In this document: positions 59,041-64,000 of the stretch, piece after piece
Layout: the number at the start of each line of letters is the position of its first letter
Numbering within the stretch: the stretch's first letter is position 1
DNA from: a virus
Direction: 5' to 3' (one strand)
Length of the DNA stretch: 64,000 nucleotides
IMG/VR virus record: IMGVR_UViG_3300037516_001127
Coordinates: 1-64,000 of that record
Notes under the pieces: generated by a model
Databases searched by the model: none
The model's input: only the letters and a program-made list of their open reading frames with translations
What the model was told of the DNA's origin: nothing
Position numbers and translations under genes: made by a program

Positions 59041-59220
59041 CTAACCCTCATCAACAGAATCAGAACCCAAAGTAGCTGGCATATCCAGAATAGCCTGAAT
59101 CTCAAGCTGAACCTTAGGGTCCTCCAGAATAGCCTGCTGAGAATAACGATGAGGAATCATAGAAAGCTTCGCAACACGTTCCCAATTCGTATTTTTATTC
59201 AAACCTGAAAACGAAGTCAC
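59041..59220 (-). CDS. Small 59-aa protein between the two kinase genes
   Basis: Not in the track. GTG at 59220 after AAGGT; MTSFSGLNKNTNWERVAKLSMIPHRYSQQAILEDPKVQLEIQAILDMPATLGSDSVDEG*; fills the gap. Confidence 0.65.
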   Translation of the reverse strand: MTSFSGLNKNTNWERVAKLSMIPHRYSQQAILEDPKVQLEIQAILDMPATLGSDSVDEG

Positions 59221-59230
59221 AAATCAACCT

Positions 59231-61750
59231 TTATCTAGCCGCACGAACAGGGGGAGTCCAGAATACTGGCTCAGCTTCAAAAAGCTTCAAAAGATCATCT
59301 GGATCAATATCAGTAACCTCTTTAAGTCTAGACGCAAGACCACCCGTCACTTTACGCATATCGTCTTCAACTTCATTTCTAGCAGCATTCAATATCCGGC
59401 CAATTGCCTCATTTATCTCCAAAGCTGAATCGGCTTCCCTCAGAGAAGCCTGCGCCGCACGAATAGCAACCAGAAGATCGGCCTTACTCAGAGTATCTGC
59501 AATACCATTTTTGTCATGAGTCAAAATTTGTTGAATACGACCCACCATATTCCGATTGTCTTGCATCAGGCCGCCAGTCAATCCATTCACAGGGTCAGCA
59601 ATCGATTCACGCTCATCCATATTAGAAATGCCATGATCAATCGGCACAAACCATGCCATATCACCATCAGGATTCTCACCAACAAAATAATTTCCATAAT
59701 GCCGATCCCGATTTTGGATAATCAAGTCCAAAAGCAAACCAGAAACAAGAGAATCAGCAGAAGCCTGCATCGGATACCCAGAACCAATAGCAATATCCAA
59801 ACTCAAACCATCAGCAGGATCACCCGACCGATTCGCATAATTATGCAAAAGCTCAAAAACCATTGGCCTAACAGTTCGCGGTTGCACCGCTTGCGTAGGA
59901 AAACCTCCAACCGGAGGAGCACCACCCCAACGCATCGACCCATAAGCAAAACCTAACCGCTCAGCAATATGCGCACCCAACATTTCGTTAATATCTTCAT
60001 CTGGGAAAACTGAAGTACCAAAAGCATACTTAATACCGACACGCTGCTGACTAACCCGGTCGTAATACATCACCACACCGTTAACGCCAGCTCCTCTACT
60101 GAGAGGAATAAACCTGCCAGCGATCTCACTATTAGACACTCGTTCGGCACGCTCAAGAGCAGCTAAAAATGGATGCAAATCATCCGGTGGCGGCCACTTA
60201 AAATCCGTTAAATCGACAGGGTCGTACTTTATTATCTGATCCGCACGATCAATCCCAGCTTGCAAATCGTTCTGCATTAAAACATTGCTAAAAATTGCTT
60301 CAACAAGAAAATCGTCAGGAACCTCAGATAAAGCACCACCATCAGCTAAATGCTGAACCGCACCCTCTAAATCCATTCCACCATCAACAACAGGGATCTC
60401 AACAGGCAAATGGAAACCCTCAGGGCTTCTAAGACCCAAAACGCGATCCGCGCCTTTAACAACGCTAGTCCTAGGCATCAAACCCTGACGGGCAGGCCTA
60501 AGTTCCCCATTTGCTGAGACTGATTCGTCGCGAGAAGGCCCATCGTATTCTCTGCCCTTAGCGACCTTAGCGTAAATTTCATTAACAAAGTCCATGAGCA
60601 TGACTTCTTGATCTGCGGAGATATTAGGCATTTGTTCAGCGACGGCTTTATCGCGTTGAGCAATCCACTCGTCGAAACGTTTTTTATTCTGGTCCCTGAT
60701 ATCAGCATTAATTGCATCTATGCGATTACGTTCCGCACCATAAAGCTTATTATTTTCATAAATTGCAGGCTCAACCTGAAGCTCGTATTCTCGTTGATAT
60801 TTTGTTTTGCCTCCAGGCCTTTGACCCCCCCTAGTTTTGATATATGGATCTAGCTTCTTTAATTCATCCGCCCTAGCTTTAAGTCGATCCCGTTCAGCGT
60901 TTATCTTGTCCCACTCAGGACCCTCAAAAGAAGCTCTTTTTTGCCGCAGACGTTGAGGTTCAGGATTCTTATCCACCCACTTTTTCTGAAGAAACACCTT
61001 ATTTTTATTTCCGTTATTATAAATATGGGTTTTTATAGTTCTTGCTAACTCCCTCAAAGATTCAAGATCAGCAGCTGATCCAGACTCCTCAAACTTTTTT
61101 GTTAGCTTGTCATATTCTTTTTCTAAGCTATCAGCCAAACTTATAGGTTCACGCTCCTCAGGCTTAGCGACAATAGGCTCAGCCGGAACAGGTGTACTGC
61201 GAGTACGAACCTTACGAGCGTTTCGCATAACAGCAGACCTTCTAGGCGCAGGACGCATAGCAGGCACACCAGGAGTAGCAGGACGCTCCCACGGCGTACC
61301 ATCCTGAACCGTATTATCTTTACCAGGATCACCATTTATAGCGTCAGGATCATACGCCTCATCCTCATCACCAATAGCACGACCCAAAACTTTCAAACTA
61401 ATAGGCGCTAAAGAAGACTTGACCCTAAGATTAGACTTAGCTTTCTTACGCTTAGAAACATTCTTCTCTAACCAAAAAAACATTTCCTCATCAAACCCAT
61501 GAGCAACCATATAATCGCTAACCTCAACAGGCATAGCCCTACTCATAGAATCACCCAAAAATCTTATAATCTTAAAAAGCATTACCTCTTTTTTAGACTC
61601 AGGATCTAAACCAGGTTGAGACTCCAAGGAACCAACGTACTGAGACATCTGCCGTATAAAACTTTTACCATTCTTAGACCAATCCCAGACACGATTCTTA
61701 CGGGTATCATAAGGACGATCTTTAACAATCAGATTAGATTTAGCAGGCAT
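59231..61750 (-). CDS. Tagged modular protein, 839 aa, with a C-terminal HipA/PI3K-like kinase
   Basis: Tag variant AYDPDAINGDPGKDNTVQDGTPWERPATPG; kinase motifs GAGVNG...VGIKY...NEMLG...LDLIIQNRDRHYGNY...VPIDHG. Confidence 0.8.
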   Translation of the reverse strand: MPAKSNLIVKDRPYDTRKNRVWDWSKNGKSFIRQMSQYVGSLESQPGLDPESKKEVMLFKIIRFLGDSMSRAMPVEVSDYMVAHGFDEEMFFWLEKNVSKRKKAKSNLRVKSSLAPISLKVLGRAIGDEDEAYDPDAINGDPGKDNTVQDGTPWERPATPGVPAMRPAPRRSAVMRNARKVRTRSTPVPAEPIVAKPEEREPISLADSLEKEYDKLTKKFEESGSAADLESLRELARTIKTHIYNNGNKNKVFLQKKWVDKNPEPQRLRQKRASFEGPEWDKINAERDRLKARADELKKLDPYIKTRGGQRPGGKTKYQREYELQVEPAIYENNKLYGAERNRIDAINADIRDQNKKRFDEWIAQRDKAVAEQMPNISADQEVMLMDFVNEIYAKVAKGREYDGPSRDESVSANGELRPARQGLMPRTSVVKGADRVLGLRSPEGFHLPVEIPVVDGGMDLEGAVQHLADGGALSEVPDDFLVEAIFSNVLMQNDLQAGIDRADQIIKYDPVDLTDFKWPPPDDLHPFLAALERAERVSNSEIAGRFIPLSRGAGVNGVVMYYDRVSQQRVGIKYAFGTSVFPDEDINEMLGAHIAERLGFAYGSMRWGGAPPVGGFPTQAVQPRTVRPMVFELLHNYANRSGDPADGLSLDIAIGSGYPMQASADSLVSGLLLDLIIQNRDRHYGNYFVGENPDGDMAWFVPIDHGISNMDERESIADPVNGLTGGLMQDNRNMVGRIQQILTHDKNGIADTLSKADLLVAIRAAQASLREADSALEINEAIGRILNAARNEVEDDMRKVTGGLASRLKEVTDIDPDDLLKLFEAEPVFWTPPVRAAR

Positions 61751-61752
61751 AA

Positions 61753-63975
61753 CTATGAACGCTGCCTTTCATACAAAACGTTATCATCGCCATCGCCGAT
61801 CACAAGAACTTCATATTCACTTATACACCCAAAGCCAAGCATTGACAAAGAAAAAAGTCTTGATCGAGGCACGTCCATATGGAAAGTGTGTTCACCAAAA
61901 GCTTGTTGGGTAATCGTGGCAAACGAAGATAAACCATTCCATTGGGCTATAGCATCTACAGCCCAACCCTTCCCAACCGAAGCATCCAAAGCCCACGAGA
62001 TATCACCATCAGTCGAATCAAGCGATCTTAAAATAACCATCAAATCGCCCACTTCATTTCTAGCACTATCATGTGCTGTCTGAGCCGACCTGTATCTTTC
62101 CAAAAGCAACGTTTGAGCAGGGCTTAAAAATTCACCAGCCCGTGCAGCTCTGACAGTCTCCGCCCATAGAGGATTAGCATAAATTTTTTCTAATTCATCA
62201 CCAAGCAACTCTTTGTTCTGCTCAGTCAAATTAAGCTCATCGACAGTTGCAGTTCTTTTTTTCTCAATTTCCATTTGTAACTTTTCAGCTCGTGGAGTAT
62301 CAGCAATTCTGTCTGGTCCTACAGTCATTGCACGACTAAGCCGAACTATTCCATCTTCAGTTATTCCCATATTTTCTAAATGGTTTTGAGTCGTCGAATA
62401 AATTGCTTTAGCTAAAATCTGGTAATCATTAGCAACTTGTTCAAGATCTTCAACTTTTCCTCCTGGAAGAAACCTAGAAGCACCACGAGGAGGAGTCCTA
62501 AAAGCAGAAAAATCTTTTCCAGCACCTCGTGAACCAACCAGTTTTGCGACAGCCACAGACATCATCCAGGCTTTCCCGGTATCCGAACCAACTGCCCATT
62601 TAGAATTCAACTCATCAAAAATAAAAACGGCTTTAGCTCTGTCGGAAATAGAATCACTAACAATGCCACGGGTTTTAATTTCTACCATAAAAGCATTAAG
62701 AAAATCATAATGTTCTACGTCTTTAGAAACCCCAACACTGGAATCTATAAACGGGTTTGAAAACGGATCTTCTAACGGATCTACAAGCAGAAAGCCCTCT
62801 TGAAACCTATTTACAGATCGAACAAACTCATATGGACTCTCATTATCAAAAATCCTATATAAAGCGTCTCTAACAGAAGGATCAGATTCGATCATAGCTA
62901 GTAGCGTTTCAGCCGAAGACAATGCTGAAATTTGCTTACTAAGAGCACTTCCAACCTCACTAAGAACAATAGGCTTATACGATCCGTCATCATTCTTAGG
63001 CCTGTCAGGAGCATACAAAATGGAAGATATAAAAGCTTCTTTTATATCTTCACGACTAAAATCTTGTGGCAAAGAACTTACATACGATTCAGCTTCATCT
63101 CTAGCAATCTGACGTTCCGCCGCATGATCGGCCTCAAGCTGATCTCTCCGCTTACGCACATTTTTTAGAAGGTCGCCTAATTTCTTAGAAAGCTCATCAC
63201 TCCCATTATTAACAGAATCTATTTGCGCCGAAATCTCTTGCATTTTTTGCATATCAAAATCGCGATCAGCCTCCCTTCGGGCTTTCAATAAAGATTGCTG
63301 TTCATCATATAAAGCATATAGGGCGTCAGATAACTCTAAAGCCTCTTTATCACCAGCTAATGGCCCATCATCAGGCGTACTCCTATCAGGAATCTGAGAT
63401 TCCCAATCAGGATTTTCTGCTGCCCGTGCATCAAAATTTCTAACAAACTCAGGAATAGGATTATCCTGTTCCCATTTTCTGACAATTTCTTCCACCTTAG
63501 CTTGTATTATAATTCTTTCCATCTCAGCACTTGAAGAACCTTCAAAATTTGGGACTACAAAATCTAAGACAGTAGATAACGTTTCCCTATGCTGAGAATC
63601 ACTCATTGGGCCATCAACCTTGCTACCCCATGTAGACATATCTGAAGGATCAAACTCGTCCTCATCAATACCGGGGTCAAGAGTGTTAAGAACTTGAAAG
63701 ATCTCATGAATGCCAGCAGAACCATTATGAAAATCAGCTTCTTGGTCCTCAAAAACATCTTTTGGAACAGAGTACAAAGGGTCAACTTTAAGAATTTCGT
63801 CAAAAATAGTATCAGGAAGAACAGCCGTAGGATTATTATCTGCATCAGGAATATCAAAAATTTTAGACTTTCCAACAAGCATAGAAACACCACTAGCATC
63901 AATATCCCTATCAAAAATGATACGAGCGGCAGCAGCTACCGTAGCGTCATCGTAATTAACTAAAAGTTTGTGCAT
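61753..63975 (-). CDS. Modular protein, 740 aa, with a C-terminal R-S-E class ADP-ribosyltransferase-like domain
   Basis: VRLSR ... NGLSSFAT...AFG...MDVP.SRLFS...GFGCISEYEVLVIG. Confidence 0.6.
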   Translation of the reverse strand: MHKLLVNYDDATVAAAARIIFDRDIDASGVSMLVGKSKIFDIPDADNNPTAVLPDTIFDEILKVDPLYSVPKDVFEDQEADFHNGSAGIHEIFQVLNTLDPGIDEDEFDPSDMSTWGSKVDGPMSDSQHRETLSTVLDFVVPNFEGSSSAEMERIIIQAKVEEIVRKWEQDNPIPEFVRNFDARAAENPDWESQIPDRSTPDDGPLAGDKEALELSDALYALYDEQQSLLKARREADRDFDMQKMQEISAQIDSVNNGSDELSKKLGDLLKNVRKRRDQLEADHAAERQIARDEAESYVSSLPQDFSREDIKEAFISSILYAPDRPKNDDGSYKPIVLSEVGSALSKQISALSSAETLLAMIESDPSVRDALYRIFDNESPYEFVRSVNRFQEGFLLVDPLEDPFSNPFIDSSVGVSKDVEHYDFLNAFMVEIKTRGIVSDSISDRAKAVFIFDELNSKWAVGSDTGKAWMMSVAVAKLVGSRGAGKDFSAFRTPPRGASRFLPGGKVEDLEQVANDYQILAKAIYSTTQNHLENMGITEDGIVRLSRAMTVGPDRIADTPRAEKLQMEIEKKRTATVDELNLTEQNKELLGDELEKIYANPLWAETVRAARAGEFLSPAQTLLLERYRSAQTAHDSARNEVGDLMVILRSLDSTDGDISWALDASVGKGWAVDAIAQWNGLSSFATITQQAFGEHTFHMDVPRSRLFSLSMLGFGCISEYEVLVIGDGDDNVLYERQRS

Positions 63976-64000
63976 AGGGTTATAATCAGCCGGGTAGGCG

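Noticed and set aside
1-64000. tRNA genes, integrase, portal, terminase, prohead protease
   Set aside because: None recognised; intergenic gaps are short. The head-assembly genes probably lie beyond the right edge.

Overview
This window is a 64-kb slice of a large contractile-tailed phage (myovirus) genome, almost certainly infecting an actinobacterium: it has a WhiB regulator, an actinophage-type holin and amidase endolysin, and leaderless TANNNT promoters. Nearly all genes are on the minus strand. In transcription order (right to left): a cluster of very large modular proteins, HK97-fold major capsid protein, a short island (class II RNR, 2OG-Fe(II) dioxygenase, methyltransferase, WhiB, IbrA/IbrB-like pair), neck, sheath, tube, chaperones, tape measure, baseplate, about 20 kb of fibre/adhesin genes, and the lysis cassette. 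The main finding is a family of five large head-module proteins (740-1885 aa). Four share an N-terminal tag, (Y/F)DPxAxDxDxDGLVQEGTxQERP, preceded by a K-x-[LF]-G-like site; the fifth is linked by a WxxxNPxP motif. They end in different protein-modifying domains: two GNAT acetyltransferases, two HipA/PI3K-like kinases, and one or two ADP-ribosyltransferases. Four of the five have a small adjacent ORF. This looks like a capsid-packaged post-translational-modification effector arsenal. Other notable features are two apparently inactive GH26-like barrels inserted into PKD domains, a virion esterase, a hairpin-gated leaderless promoter, and kb-scale alternating A+C/G+T strand skew. All functional calls come from motifs recognised by eye; no searches were run.
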